Source: Neophaeotheca triangularis
Lineage: Eukaryota
DNA length: 64,000 nt
Reading direction: 5' to 3'
NCBI GenBank assembly: GCA_054600435.1
Contig: BAAIJX010000010.1
Coordinates: 186,001 to 250,000 of the forward strand
Positions 48,595 through 60,636 of this stretch are shown piece after piece. The first letter of the stretch is position 1; the number at the start of each line of letters is the position of its first letter. The translations under genes and the position numbers were made by a program. The notes below the pieces were generated by a model. The model searched no databases. It worked only from the letters and a program-made list of their open reading frames with translations, and was not told the origin of the DNA.

Positions 48595-49029
48595 TTTGCG
48601 GTTTAAGACTTGTGGAGAATATTAGTTTCAGAGCGGATGCACAAAGTCTCGAGTCTGTCGTTGAATGTGAGGGTTGTTATTATGTTCGAGAGAAACCTTG
48701 AGGGGCTCCAGCTCGAGAGATAATATCCGCCTCACTAGAACGTATGAGGCTACTTCAGTATGTACCTGTAAGCACGTGTAAGCGATCTCGGAAGTAGGTA
48801 GTGCTAAAAAACTCTCGCTGGGGCCGCCAACGGCTCGGTCACTGCCGAATACCCGGCACATGAGTCAGTGGCAGTCAAGTCAACCACGACTGGAACTCGT
48901 GCAGGTGCCTAACTTCCCTCAGCTGCACTTCATCCCTACCCAAGTCTGCAGTCCTCCAAACACACCACCCGTCGCTACTAAGGTGAGGTATTCGACAAAC
49001 ATCCCTTCGCCCCGACAACCGTACCAAAG

Positions 49030-51597
49030 ATGGCTCCGAAGCGCAAGGCTGGTCCATCAACCGGGCGGGCGAGCAAACGGGTGGCGTCTGGTGTAGGCAC
49101 GCCAGTGAGTAGGAAGTCAGGCACGCCGACCGACAGTGAATATGCCTCAGAAGACCCAGAAGACAGTGCGGATGAAGAGATCGAGAGACAACCGCCGAAA
49201 GCCCAACAGGACTTTGTCGACCGCTACAAAGTCTCCCACTACGCCGATAAGCACCGCCCCTCCCCTCGAGACGACACAGCGAGCGCCCTATTCCGCGCCG
49301 ATCGCGACCTCTCCGGCCTCAAACTCAAAAGTGATCATCATGTGCGGCCGATCTATCTTAATGCCGAAGACGGGCGAGTGGTTCTTGAGACCTTCTCGCC
49401 CAGCTTCAGACAAGCGCAGAATTTCCTTATCAACATTGCTGAACCTCAGAGTAGAACGACAAACATGCACGAGTATACGATTACGCCCCCAAGTCTACTC
49501 GCTGCGGTTTCTGTAGGCCTGACTCCCTCGGACATCATTCGTGACCTGGAGCTTTTCTCGAAGGTTGAGATACCCGAGCACTTGAAGCAGTATATCAAAG
49601 ATCATACGGAGTCCTTTGGTAAAGTGAGATTGGTTTTGAAGCATAATCGGTATTATATCGAGAGCTCGGATCCTGCTGTGCTGCAGATGCTCCTGCGCGA
49701 TCCAGTGATTGGCGCGACTCGGATTGAAGACACAGACTTGGTGACCGAGAAGGCGGCAAAGAAGGGCGGCCTGGTAATTCCTGGAACAAAGGATGCAGCC
49801 GGGTACAAGGAGGCGGAAGCAGCGAGTGAGCAGAAAAAGAAGCGAGACAATAACGACTCGGACGATTCAGACGATGAGTTCGGTGGTAAGGATGCCGAGG
49901 CGGATATGATGGAATACTTGAGGGAAGAGGAAGAGGACGACGAGCTCGATCAAGTCCATTCCTTTGAGATTGACGGCAACGAAATACAGCAGGTACAAGA
50001 GCAGTGTATCAAACTCGAAATGCCTCTCACCGAGGAGTACGATTTCCGAAACGACGAGATCAACGCAAACCTAGACATCGATCTTCGCCCCAACGTGCAA
50101 ATTCGTTATTACCAAGAACATGCTCTCAGTAAGATGTTCGGTAATGGACGCGCCAGATCCGGTATCATTGTATTGCCCTGCGGTGCGGGTAAGACACTTG
50201 TCGGTATCACAGCCGCCTGTACGGTGAAGAAGAGTGCAATCATCCTCTGTACCAGCGCCATGAGTGTGGTTCAATGGAAAGAAGAGTTCAAGAAATGGTC
50301 CAACATCAATCCCCATGATATCGCTATCTTCACATCCGGCGAAAAAGAAAAACTCAACCATAGGGCCGGAGTTATCATCTGCACTTACAGCATGGTTACG
50401 CAGAACACTCGCCGCGCTCACGACTCGAAGCAAGTCATGGACTTCATCACTAGCCGTGAGTGGGGGTTGATGGTGCTAGATGAAGTCCATGTTGTACCGG
50501 CCGAAATGTTTCGACGCGTGACAAGCAAGATTAAAACCCACTCCAAGCTCGGTCTGACAGCCACTCTTCTTCGCGAAGACGACAAGATCAAGGACTTGAA
50601 CTTCCTTATCGGGCCCAAACTCTACGAAGCCAATTGGCTGCAGCTTTCCGAGGAGGGCCACATAGCACGGGTCCAGTGCGCCGAAGTCTGGTGTCCCATG
50701 ACAACCGAATTCTACGGCGAATACCTCAAAGCCAGAACTACCAACAAACGCTCTCTTCTCAGCACAATGAACCCCCGAAAGTTCCAAGCCTGTCAGTTTC
50801 TCATCGACTTCCACGAACGCCGCGGCGACAAAGTCATCGTCTTCAGCGACAACGTTTACGCTCTCAAACGCTACGCCGTCGACCTCAAGAAGCCCTACAT
50901 TTTTGGCGACACGCCCCAACACGAGCGCGAGAAAGTCCTCCAAAACTTCCAAATGAACGACGCAGTCTCGACAGTCTTCCTCTCCAAAATCGGGGACACC
51001 TCCCTCGACCTCCCCGAAGCCACCTGCCTGATACAAGTCTCCAGCCACTACGGTTCCCGACGTCAAGAAGCCCAACGCCTCGGCCGCATCCTCCGAGCCA
51101 AACGCCGCAACGACGAGGGCTTCAACGCCTTCTTCTACTCTCTTGTCTCCAAAGACACCAACGAGATGTTCTACTCAGCAAAACGCCAAGCTTTCCTCGT
51201 CGACCAGGGCTACGCTTTTAAAGTCATCACGCATCTCAACGGTATCGACCGGATGCCAAACTTAGCTCTAGCATCCCAGCAAGAGCGCATGGAACTGCTG
51301 CAGGATGTGCTGCTGCAGTCGGAGACGGCGGGCGATGTCGAGGATATCAAGGATGATTTGTTCAGCGATAGGAGTTTTGCGGCGAAAAGGGGGGCCAAGG
51401 CTAAGAAGGGGGGTGTGAAGCGGCAGGCGGGTACACTTAGCAGCTTGGCTGGAGGCGAGGATATGGCTTATATGGAGTACGCGAAGGGAGGGAGGAACAA
51501 AGAGTTGACGAGTGCTAAGCCGAAGAATGCGTTCTTTAAGAAGGAGGAGAGAGAGAGGGAGAAGAGGCGGAAGGCGGCGAGGGATGGGACATTGTAG
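49030..51597 (+). CDS. SSL2: TFIIH helicase/translocase subunit XPB (Ssl2/Rad25)
   Basis: IAEPQSRT, EEYDFRND, SGIIVLPCGAGKTL, LDEVH, LGLTATLLREDDK, SSHYGSRRQEAQRLGRILRAK. Confidence 0.97.
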   Translation: MAPKRKAGPSTGRASKRVASGVGTPVSRKSGTPTDSEYASEDPEDSADEEIERQPPKAQQDFVDRYKVSHYADKHRPSPRDDTASALFRADRDLSGLKLKSDHHVRPIYLNAEDGRVVLETFSPSFRQAQNFLINIAEPQSRTTNMHEYTITPPSLLAAVSVGLTPSDIIRDLELFSKVEIPEHLKQYIKDHTESFGKVRLVLKHNRYYIESSDPAVLQMLLRDPVIGATRIEDTDLVTEKAAKKGGLVIPGTKDAAGYKEAEAASEQKKKRDNNDSDDSDDEFGGKDAEADMMEYLREEEEDDELDQVHSFEIDGNEIQQVQEQCIKLEMPLTEEYDFRNDEINANLDIDLRPNVQIRYYQEHALSKMFGNGRARSGIIVLPCGAGKTLVGITAACTVKKSAIILCTSAMSVVQWKEEFKKWSNINPHDIAIFTSGEKEKLNHRAGVIICTYSMVTQNTRRAHDSKQVMDFITSREWGLMVLDEVHVVPAEMFRRVTSKIKTHSKLGLTATLLREDDKIKDLNFLIGPKLYEANWLQLSEEGHIARVQCAEVWCPMTTEFYGEYLKARTTNKRSLLSTMNPRKFQACQFLIDFHERRGDKVIVFSDNVYALKRYAVDLKKPYIFGDTPQHEREKVLQNFQMNDAVSTVFLSKIGDTSLDLPEATCLIQVSSHYGSRRQEAQRLGRILRAKRRNDEGFNAFFYSLVSKDTNEMFYSAKRQAFLVDQGYAFKVITHLNGIDRMPNLALASQQERMELLQDVLLQSETAGDVEDIKDDLFSDRSFAAKRGAKAKKGGVKRQAGTLSSLAGGEDMAYMEYAKGGRNKELTSAKPKNAFFKKEEREREKRRKAARDGTL

Positions 51598-52358
51598 GGG
51601 ATTTTGTTATCCACCATGGGGCTGCGGGTGTTGGTATTATCACGCAGCAATTGTACCATTAGTGGGGCTCGATACGTTTAATCTTGCCCCTTGTCCCAAA
51701 GAAGCGTGGTCGGAGGGAGCACACCGTTTGTTTGAGTTGTTCGTCGAGCATGGGAAGACTGTCGTCGATTACCTTAGGTAAAGTACCTTACCTAGGTAGG
51801 TAGGTAGGGGATAGTAGTATTCCAATTCATCGAATCGCTTGCCCTTGGCCTTGGCTGACGTCGTATTGTTTATTGTTCATGTGGGAGGCCCGTTCGGGAA
51901 GGAGGCTGGTCATCGCATGGAAACAGCGAACATGACCCCGCCACGTGCCCCGCCAAAAGATGGAACACGCCGAGGGTCATGAAAGCTTCCTTCCAATTCC
52001 ACTTGCATCCTCCCTTCATGCTCCCTTACCTACTACCTTACCTATACACACCGCTCTTTTACGAACAACGAGACAAGGCTGAAGAAACAGTACCGTACCA
52101 CCTCTGCTAAATACTGTTACACGCGCAAGTAAGCCACACAAGCAACAGCACCTACCTACCTTACCTAGTCACTGCATCGCTGTCATCCTTGTTCGTTCCT
52201 GCATCGACCCTGGCTCCGTCATCTTCACATGCTAATCGTCACGCCGACAGCCCGAGAGCATCAACCTTCAACCACCTCAAACCTCCTCCTTTCTACTCCC
52301 ACCTTACGCGCCTTCTTACCTTCAGGATCAGGTTCATACCAAATCACATTCAGCCAAC

Positions 52359-53436
52359 ATGGCGAACACATCCACCACCCACCACTCACCCTCTGCCGCG
52401 CCTAAGAGGCCAAAAGGTACACACAACCAGTTTCTCCTGCACCACCGACTTGCAACACAACGAAAGCTAAAACCCACCTCACAAGGCATTCTCAAAAACT
52501 CCAACTCTTTTCAAAATGCTCCACCAGAGCCTCACAGCGTCTCACCAACCTCGACAGAGCGGCCACCGCTCACGGCGGTCGAGTCCAGCGACAGCACAAC
52601 CGCCCTTCCAACCACAAAATCCTCCTCTCCGCAAACCAACGCAGCAAACCGCCCGAGCATGCCCTCACGCGAGTTAAGCGAGAAAGAAGTCGTTCAAATG
52701 AACACAAACATCAACGCCGGCCACCGACGCAACAGCTCCAACCCCGGCCGTGGCAGCATCTCCCGCCGTCAGAGCGGTCAATCCAACTCTTCAGACCAAG
52801 CAGCAGACCCCACGACAACTGATCAGCCGCGCCTGAAGTGGGATGAGGCCAACCTGTATCTGAACGAGGGCCAGATGGGCGGCAAGATGAAGATCGATGA
52901 ACCCAAGACGCCTTATGCTAAGCAGTATGATCCTTCAGAGGATGAGGATGAGGTTGCGGCGCTAGATGCTCAAGGCTTGGCTGTGGATGAGTTGGATATG
53001 GCCAAGACTCGGAGTGGGAGCGGCAGTGGAGGGAAGAAGAAGGAGCAGGATATTCCGGACATCGACTTGGGAGAGCCAGAGATGGATGTGGATGTCAAGG
53101 CTGCTGCTGGTGGCGATGGGGAGAGGAGGGTGAATGTTGCAGGTGGTCAGGGTGGAGATGCTATGGATGTCGATGAGGCGGTCAAGGGTAGTGATGAGGC
53201 CGTGCCGGAGACAGAGGGGGGCGCGATGAGTCGCGAGGAGAGAGATAAGCATGCTAAATTCGAGGCTATGCGGAAGAAGCACTACGAGATCAAGAACGTT
53301 AAGGGGCTGCTTGGGTACGTGTCGCCATTTCTGACGTCTAGCAAGCTTTTTGCGGCTGCTAATCTTTATTCTGTACAGACATCCCGAGGAGCTCGAGGCA
53401 ATGGATGATGATGAGGACGAAAGCGGGAAGCGGTAG
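52359..53436 (+). CDS. GLC8: Protein phosphatase 1 inhibitor-2 (Glc8); exons 52359-52416, 52486-53314, 53379-53436
   Basis: KGILKN (SILK), LKWDEANL (RVxF-type), MKIDEPKTPY, FEAMRKKHYE. Confidence 0.88.
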
Positions 53437-53929
53437 GATAGATCGGGTGTGATCATCAAGAATCAGAGGGGGACAGACGATGGAGCGGGGAAGATCTCTG
53501 GACGCATTATGTCACTTTACGACCATTGAGTTGCTTTCGTGGATTGGCGGCGCTGAGCAACGGGTATGTAGTCCCGCTCACTTATCCTGCTGGTTCGATC
53601 GTTTTACATAGATGACAAGCCTTGAATTCAACGACTGACGGAACCATGATTTTCCTCTCAAGAGCTTTGACGGCGTACAACATTCATTCAATCTCCAAAC
53701 GGAAGTCACACTGGGAGTACGTAGTGATTTTGACCTTGAGGTCTTCAGAGTTGCCTAGACAACAGGCACATATGGCCGTTGAAGTGACATCAAAACCCTA
53801 ACCCTACTACAAAGCTCAATACGTCACGAAAGAGGCAGGAGACCGGGATGGAGCTCCCACAATTTAGGTTGATCGCATTAACTTCCGCAACCATCATCTT
53901 CAAGATGAAGCTATCAAGTCACCATAATA

Positions 53930-55096
53930 ATGTTGGCGCGCTCAATATCCAAAGCAGCTTTCTCGCCCTCCCGATACCTCCATAGGCACCCCAACGCGAT
54001 CCGAATGTTCTCCTACACCCCTCGAAACGCCAAACAGCTAAAGATTGGCTACATACCTGGTATTCAAAACACTCCCCTCTGAACCACACTTGCCAACGCA
54101 GCACCATCCTAATAAAGCGCCACACAGAACACTTCTCAACCCCGCTCCACTTCGCCCAGACCCACTTCTCCCTCGACGCGCACCTGATACCCTTTCCCAC
54201 CGGCACGGGCGCTTTAACAGCCGCTCTTAAGAAACCCCAAAATGCCTCTTCTGATGACGGCGACGAGGGCGCTATCGATGTCGCGATTGGTTTGACCGAG
54301 GGCTTTGTCGCGGACATGGGTAAGACGAAGAGTGCAGGCCAGCAGCGGGGGTATGGGCTCGTTGGGACTTATGTGGAAAGCCCACTATGCTGGGGCATTT
54401 CCACTGGAGCGGCAAAAGGGGGTCTGGGGTCGGTGGAGGAGTTGAGGAGGACGAGGGTCGGGGTTAGTAGGGTCGGCAGGTGAGTGCTTTTACCTTTTGG
54501 AAGGTCGTGGTTCGACGACAATGGGAGTGCTGATGAAGGATGGCAGTGGCTCGTATGTCATGGCCCACGTGCTGGCCGACCAGCAGGGCTGGCTATCGCA
54601 GTCTTCCGACAAGCCATTTTCGGACATTGTGCCTATTGGCGATTTTGCCGCTCTTAGACGCGCCGTCAATGATGGCGATACAGCCGATTTCTTCATGTGG
54701 GAGCACTTTACGACAAAGCACTATTGGGACAACGGCGAGCTCAAGCGTGTAGGCGAGATTTACACGCCTTGGCCGAGCTGGATGATCGCCGCGAGAGATC
54801 CGACGGATTCAGCTCTCGAAGATATGGCGCAGAAGATTAACCAGGGGGTCGTGTGGTATAGGGAGCATGCTGAGGAGGCTGTCGAGCACATTTGTGGGAC
54901 AATGAAGTATTCGAAAGAGGATGCGAGGGAGTGGATGAAGACCGTGAGGTTTGCGGATGATGTTCGCGGGGTTGATGTGGGTGTTGTCGAGAAGACTATG
55001 GGTATTTTGAAGAAGGCCGGTGTGCTTGGGGAAGAAGCTGGGGAGGCGGGAGAAATGATTGATGTCAAGAGGGCTGAGAAGGGGAGGGAGAGCTGA
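53930..55096 (+). CDS. Periplasmic-binding-protein-like II / NMT1-THI5-like protein; exons 53930-54059, 54128-54479, 54547-55096
   Basis: Spliced LKIGYIP|EHFSTPL, FPTGTG, DVAIGLTEG, YVESPLCWGISTG, GVSRVGS|GSYVM, ADFFMWEHFTTK, GEIYTPWPSW. Confidence 0.85.
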
Positions 55097-55605
55097 GGGT
55101 AAGTGGGAGGCTGGAGGTACTAGTAGTGAGGTTTGACGAAAGCGCTGTGTTTCGGATCATTTGCTGATATCTTGCAGCTTCAGGGTCAGCTGAGTAGGAG
55201 TGTTTCTTCATGCAGTATAATATCAAACGCAAGTTTTTAAGGTACGTTATCATCACTGCATTCGCTCCAAACCCTTGCCCTAGGTTTTCAATGGCTTCGC
55301 TGTGGCGCTACTCCACACGCTAGAGTTTGAAGATTGCGGGGAGAGCTCCCTGGAATCGCGGGGCTTGTAAACATCAAAGGCGGGGGTTGTGACTGATCAC
55401 GAGACGAGGAGCTTGAGGTGCAGGTGGTGTCACGCGATGACAATCGAAACCGTAACAAGAAGCTTGACGTGTACCTGAGCTCCTCACCTCCAGCTGCAAA
55501 TTCCCGCAAAGCTGACTCTTCTCTTCCTCTTTCCCTCGCACAACATCCTCAAGCCATTGAGTCTATCAACCCCTACCACAACCGACCAAACACAACACCG
55601 GCAAG

Positions 55606-56550
55606 ATGAGTGCAATCGTCGAGGAGGATGGCACCGGCATGGAGCCCGTCAAGGTCCTCATCCTCCTTCATGAAGGTTTCGACCTCATGGATGTCTGTGG
55701 GCCCCTCGAGGCCTTCGACCACGCTTGCCACGTTAAAGGCAACAAGGGTGAGCTTACAAGGCACATTGAAAGGCGGCAATGCAAGTCGACATTAGCTAAC
55801 TTCACTCACGCAGACACCAAAGCCTTCCGCATCATGCTGGCCGCCGGCAGCGAGTTCACCGAAAGTGCTCAGAAGATCGCCCTCCGCGCCAATGCTTCCT
55901 TCGAGGAAGCCATGAAGCGTCTGGCCGACATTGACGTCCTCGTCGTCCCGGGCGGCAACACCGAAGCCTTGCTCAAGCAAAAGGCCACACAGCCCATCTC
56001 CTTCATCAAAGCCTTCGCCGAGCTGCAGAAGAAGAACCCCTCCCGCGAGCGCACCCTTATGAGCGTCTGTACGGGCTCCTTCTTCCTCGCCGAAGCGGGC
56101 ATCCTGGCCGGTCTTTCCGCCACCACGCACCCCGACTTCATTGTCAAGTTCGAAAACACCTGCAGCAACGTCGTCCAGCGCGACATGGCCGAGCGTACCG
56201 ACGTCGTAGAGCAGCGCTACGTCGTCAACAATCTGCGTTTCGAGCTTGGTGAGAACGAGGACGAGAACCCCTACATCCGCCGCAAGTCTGACGGCCGCCG
56301 CACGAGCAACGCCCGCAAGGGTAGCATGAGCTGGAAGGAGGCGAACACCAGGCGTGAGAGCATTCTCAAGCGCTCGGCGTTGAGGCTGGGGGGCCTGAGG
56401 GTCGTCACTACCAGCGGTATCACTTCTGGTATCGACGGTGCTCTGTACATGGTGGGGGCGTTGGTGAGTGATGATTCGGCGAAGGAGGTGGCGAGGATCA
56501 TGTGCTATGAGTGGAACAAGGGCATGGTTGTTGATGGCACTGACGTGTAA
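55606..56550 (+). CDS. DJ-1/PfpI (ThiJ) family class I glutamine amidotransferase-like protein; probable intron 55748-55813
   Basis: GFDLMDVCGPLE, DVLVVPGG, SVCTGS (catalytic Cys), ATTH, TSGITSGID. Confidence 0.9.
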   Translation: MSAIVEEDGTGMEPVKVLILLHEGFDLMDVCGPLEAFDHACHVKGNKGELTRHIERRQCKSTLANFTHADTKAFRIMLAAGSEFTESAQKIALRANASFEEAMKRLADIDVLVVPGGNTEALLKQKATQPISFIKAFAELQKKNPSRERTLMSVCTGSFFLAEAGILAGLSATTHPDFIVKFENTCSNVVQRDMAERTDVVEQRYVVNNLRFELGENEDENPYIRRKSDGRRTSNARKGSMSWKEANTRRESILKRSALRLGGLRVVTTSGITSGIDGALYMVGALVSDDSAKEVARIMCYEWNKGMVVDGTDV

Positions 56551-57493
56551 AACTACTACAAAGCTGTCGTCATGCCTTGTTGAGGGCCTACCGGTCTTGC
56601 AACAGCTTGAGTCTTGCGCGCTCTCCAGCTCCAGACTTCGACGAGGGCGCAGGCGATACTTCAGATCTCGAGATGCAACCTCGATTCAAAGCGGCGGGTA
56701 GCATGGGCTTTTTCTAGCTTTGATGCAGATCAACGAAATGATGTGCTTCACGATGTTTCAAACGACCGACTCCATCGTATTTTCAACCAAAGCTAATCTA
56801 TTCCACTCTCTGCCTAGGTAGCCAGGAACTGTCACAGTGTTCCCTCTTTTCACTGACAGGGGCGTGGCTTTGCTAAAGTGTGGGATCATCTTTGCAGAGC
56901 AAGACTGCAGACACGGCGTCACGATTGAGCTCTCACTCCGCACGATGTTTCTTCATCATAACATTTGTATGGGGGAATTGTACTCTAAATTGATGTCACA
57001 AATACTCATTTAGTCTGTGATGACCAGGCGAAGTATTGGTCTTATTGTAGTAATCATCCCCTGCCGACTGCTCTACGTGGCCGAAAGTACATCAAAATGC
57101 TTGCAAATTATCCTTGTAAGCTGCAAAGCAACGCACCAAGTCCAGTCTTGGGCAGCCTATCCCAGGGCAAGGAGGCTCCCAGCGTTCTTTGGGTGCACAG
57201 CATCACAGGACAGCGATGCGCTCCCTGCGTCCTGGCGTATCGCGCCGAGTGCTCGTTCAAACGTACGACCGGTAGTACCCCCTACCTCTGACGCCTACCC
57301 CCCGAGGCCAAGATGGCGTGGCGCTGTGGGGGGCTCCGTGAGAGGAGGGAGAGGGGGGGCTTCAGGGCTGGGCATTCGACGGCAGTGAGAAAGGCAGAAT
57401 CTTATATCATGTATCGAGCTGGGGGGGTCCCGTCGTGTGCCATTTCTGAAGGGTCAATCACAGAACACACATAGGCAGATGAGAACAGTGACC

Positions 57494-59566
57494 ATGGCGA
57501 GTTTCACGAGTCAAAGCACCATGTTGCAGCATCAGTTCTTCGACAAGAACGGTCGTCGTTGGCCTCCACTCTTCTCATTGGACGCGCAGACGGCGGCCCC
57601 CACCTTGACTACCAGCGCAACTCCAATGCAGCACCGCCGTCCTAGCGAGACAACTCTAACTCACACTTCGTCGCCATCGGGCGCGATGTCACCCCATTCC
57701 AACAATGGCACTGCCGGCAGCACCAGCACCACAAACGGCGCCACCTCCCAAAGCGTCGCCGGTGTCAAGCGCTCCCACAGTCCGCCGCAAGAGGACAACC
57801 ATTTAGCGGGCGACAACGCCCCAGCCGACCACGAGAACTCCGCCGGAGGCCGCCAACGCAGCCGCGCAGCCTGCGTACCGTGTCGAACGCGCAAGAGGAA
57901 ATGCGACGGCCGCCACCCGTGCGCGACGTGCGTGCGTTACGAATACCAATGCGAGTACTCCAACGGCAAAAAGCCTTCCATCTCGCACCAGCAATCGGCA
58001 GACGCCCCCGCCGAGCCCGCTCCCCAGATGCCCGTGGGCAACACGCCGTCGTCGATTATCCAGCTGCAGGCGCACCCTTTGACCGCTCCCGGTGCCCGCT
58101 TCCACCATAGGAGCATTCTGGATCCCGTCAAGACGCGTTTTGTGCGAGCGAACTCGGCGATTGCCTTCCCCCGGATCCTGGGCATGGACTTTGAGAGTGA
58201 GTCCATCCCGCGCTTGCACTCCTTTGCCTGGCATGTTGGGATCCGGCAGGAGCCTAGGCATCGCCACATCGATATCACCAACCTGATCAGCTGGCAGGAA
58301 TTCCAGGTCTATGCCAGCGTCTACTTCCGTACGATCCGCGTGGAGATTGGGATCCTGGAGGAGACTGAGTTCACGGAGCTGGCGCACGCGAGGTTCCTCG
58401 ACCCTAGCGGGTACAAGGATATAGATGCTGTGTGCTTGGGTGTTGCGTCTTTGGGCTCGTTTTTCTCGCAGAATCCCCATCCCCGCGAGCAGGAGATGAT
58501 TGATGATGCGCAGCTGTTGCTTGTGCAGCGGAGCGTGGAGAAGTCGCCGAGTATTAACAATGTTGTGGGTTGGATTTTGAGGACGATCTATTTGAGACTG
58601 ACGGGAAGGCCGCATGCTTCGTGGCTGACTAGCTCGATTACTATGCATCAAATTGAGGCGAATGGACTGCACAAGGAGATGCAGACGATTGCGGTTGTCT
58701 ATCCAGCGGCACCCACTGCGGACCACAAACTCGCCAAACTCAGGAGGAGGCTGTTCTGGATCGCTCGAGCGCTCAACGTTATCTTCTCCTTCGACTTTGG
58801 CCGCCTCCGGACTAACTTTGACGTGGTAACGACTAAAAAATTTGCCCCCGACCACAATGGATTCGCGCACCAATTTGTAGAACTCGCCGAACTCCTCCCC
58901 AATGACAACGTCGACCGCGAACGCGAGCCCGATCCCCCAGCGGCCCTAAGCCAAGCTCTAACAAAAATCGAAGAACTACAATCCGATTCCAACTTCATCA
59001 ACCTCCTCAAAGCCGATCTGGCCTTTGCCATATACCGCCGCCTTTGGCTCATGTCCCTCACCGACGCCAAAGACCGCACTGACACTATCCTGGCTCTCGG
59101 CCAAGCCTCCCTCCAAGCCTCCGCCAAGTGCCTCGAGAGCCGTACCCCTTGGTGGAACGTCCTGCACTCGCCCTTCCAATTCATCCTCTGCTGCCTGGCA
59201 ATCGGCACCCCCAAAGCGCTCGCTTTCGTCCATTCTGGCATGGCGCACTTGCAAACCATCACGCGCGTCTACGACACTCACATGGTGCGCGAGGCCTACA
59301 ACCAGGCCTTGGCTGTTGTTAAAATGAGTCGCGCGCGCAAGGAGAAGGAGCTCGAGGCCCTGGATGGGCTGGGAGATGCTCCGCCGTTTGAGGATCCGCC
59401 CAGTGCGGCTGCGAGTTCAGTTGCCTTGACTGAGGCACCGAATACCGATTGGGCGGTTGATCTGCCTTTCGAGTGGGACATCTTTTTAAATCCTGATTTG
59501 GTGCTGCATGCTGCCCAGGGGCATAGTGCTGTTGATGCTAGTTTCGGGGGGACGCTGGGGTTTTGA
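57494..59566 (+). CDS. Zn(II)2Cys6 fungal transcription factor with middle-homology region (start codon uncertain)
   Basis: ACVPCRTRKRKCDGRHPCATCVRYEYQC; RLHSFAWHVG, LRTIYLRLT, RRRLFW. Confidence 0.92.
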   Translation: MASFTSQSTMLQHQFFDKNGRRWPPLFSLDAQTAAPTLTTSATPMQHRRPSETTLTHTSSPSGAMSPHSNNGTAGSTSTTNGATSQSVAGVKRSHSPPQEDNHLAGDNAPADHENSAGGRQRSRAACVPCRTRKRKCDGRHPCATCVRYEYQCEYSNGKKPSISHQQSADAPAEPAPQMPVGNTPSSIIQLQAHPLTAPGARFHHRSILDPVKTRFVRANSAIAFPRILGMDFESESIPRLHSFAWHVGIRQEPRHRHIDITNLISWQEFQVYASVYFRTIRVEIGILEETEFTELAHARFLDPSGYKDIDAVCLGVASLGSFFSQNPHPREQEMIDDAQLLLVQRSVEKSPSINNVVGWILRTIYLRLTGRPHASWLTSSITMHQIEANGLHKEMQTIAVVYPAAPTADHKLAKLRRRLFWIARALNVIFSFDFGRLRTNFDVVTTKKFAPDHNGFAHQFVELAELLPNDNVDREREPDPPAALSQALTKIEELQSDSNFINLLKADLAFAIYRRLWLMSLTDAKDRTDTILALGQASLQASAKCLESRTPWWNVLHSPFQFILCCLAIGTPKALAFVHSGMAHLQTITRVYDTHMVREAYNQALAVVKMSRARKEKELEALDGLGDAPPFEDPPSAAASSVALTEAPNTDWAVDLPFEWDIFLNPDLVLHAAQGHSAVDASFGGTLGF

Positions 59567-60636
59567 TCATGGATTGACTGGGATGAAAAGTGAGAATTTT
59601 GGCACACAACTCACGAGGGCTTTGCCGATCTTGGCGCTGGCAGTGCCGCTTACGTCCGATGACCTCTAAATCGTACCTTGAGTGGGTCGTTGTGGCCATG
59701 GGGAGCTTTGACGTTATGGTCTGCGCTCTGCGGACCAGTTTTGAACGACCTTGGAAACATATCTAGGTCGAGCGGGGACCGTACGCCAAAGAGACTGACT
59801 TTCGGTAACCAGGCGATGAGGATCCCACTGCTTCCAGACAAGGAACGAGGGGCATGTAGTAGTCAGAATGACAAGCTTAGGCGTGGAGTAACGAAGAGAC
59901 GACTGGCTAGGGGGAACCCTTGGGTCTATCGATTTGATCGACAAGACGAGATTCGCGCGAACAGGCGATCAGAAGCGGTGGAAGGGATGGGACGTTGAAA
60001 TTTGGAGGACGGGGATAGGTGGAAATGAGCGGGAGTCGGCGTGAACAAGAAGATTGTTTTGGAAAAGTTTCATGAGCGATGTTACTGGGTTGGTGTTTAG
60101 GAATGAGCATTACGGACGGGCGAGGTTTAATGACTTGGACGGCTCGCATCGGAATATGGATGAACGGGGGAAAGGGGTCTGGCTGCTTTGAGCGAACTGC
60201 AGTCGGGATAGAATCTACGTGCCTAGCGCACTTAGTATGGACTTCGAATGCCATTCACATAAGAATCGGAACATGCTGTCAGCCACTTCTAGTATGTCGT
60301 GTTCCGTTCTGTTTCGTATCATTGACTTGATAGGTTATCTTAAAACATCCCCATAGTCCGATGCGTATAGCCCGAGAAGGAGCCGAGGCCTGGGGAACAG
60401 GTCCAAGCCTGAGCTTCCGGATCCTTTCCCCACCAGCTGCGTCGTGCCCCCGCCAAGCTGCCAAACCAAACGTGGAGCTCCCAGTCCAGATCGCATCGTC
60501 TCGACGTCGTCTCGTCTCCACCGCTCCGACCATACTTCTACCCCCACCTGTACTTGTTCAACTACAACAACCTACCTGATCGCCGCCAATCAAAGAAACA
60601 GTCTAGTCGCGCAGTGCCATCCTCTCGATCTCCAAC

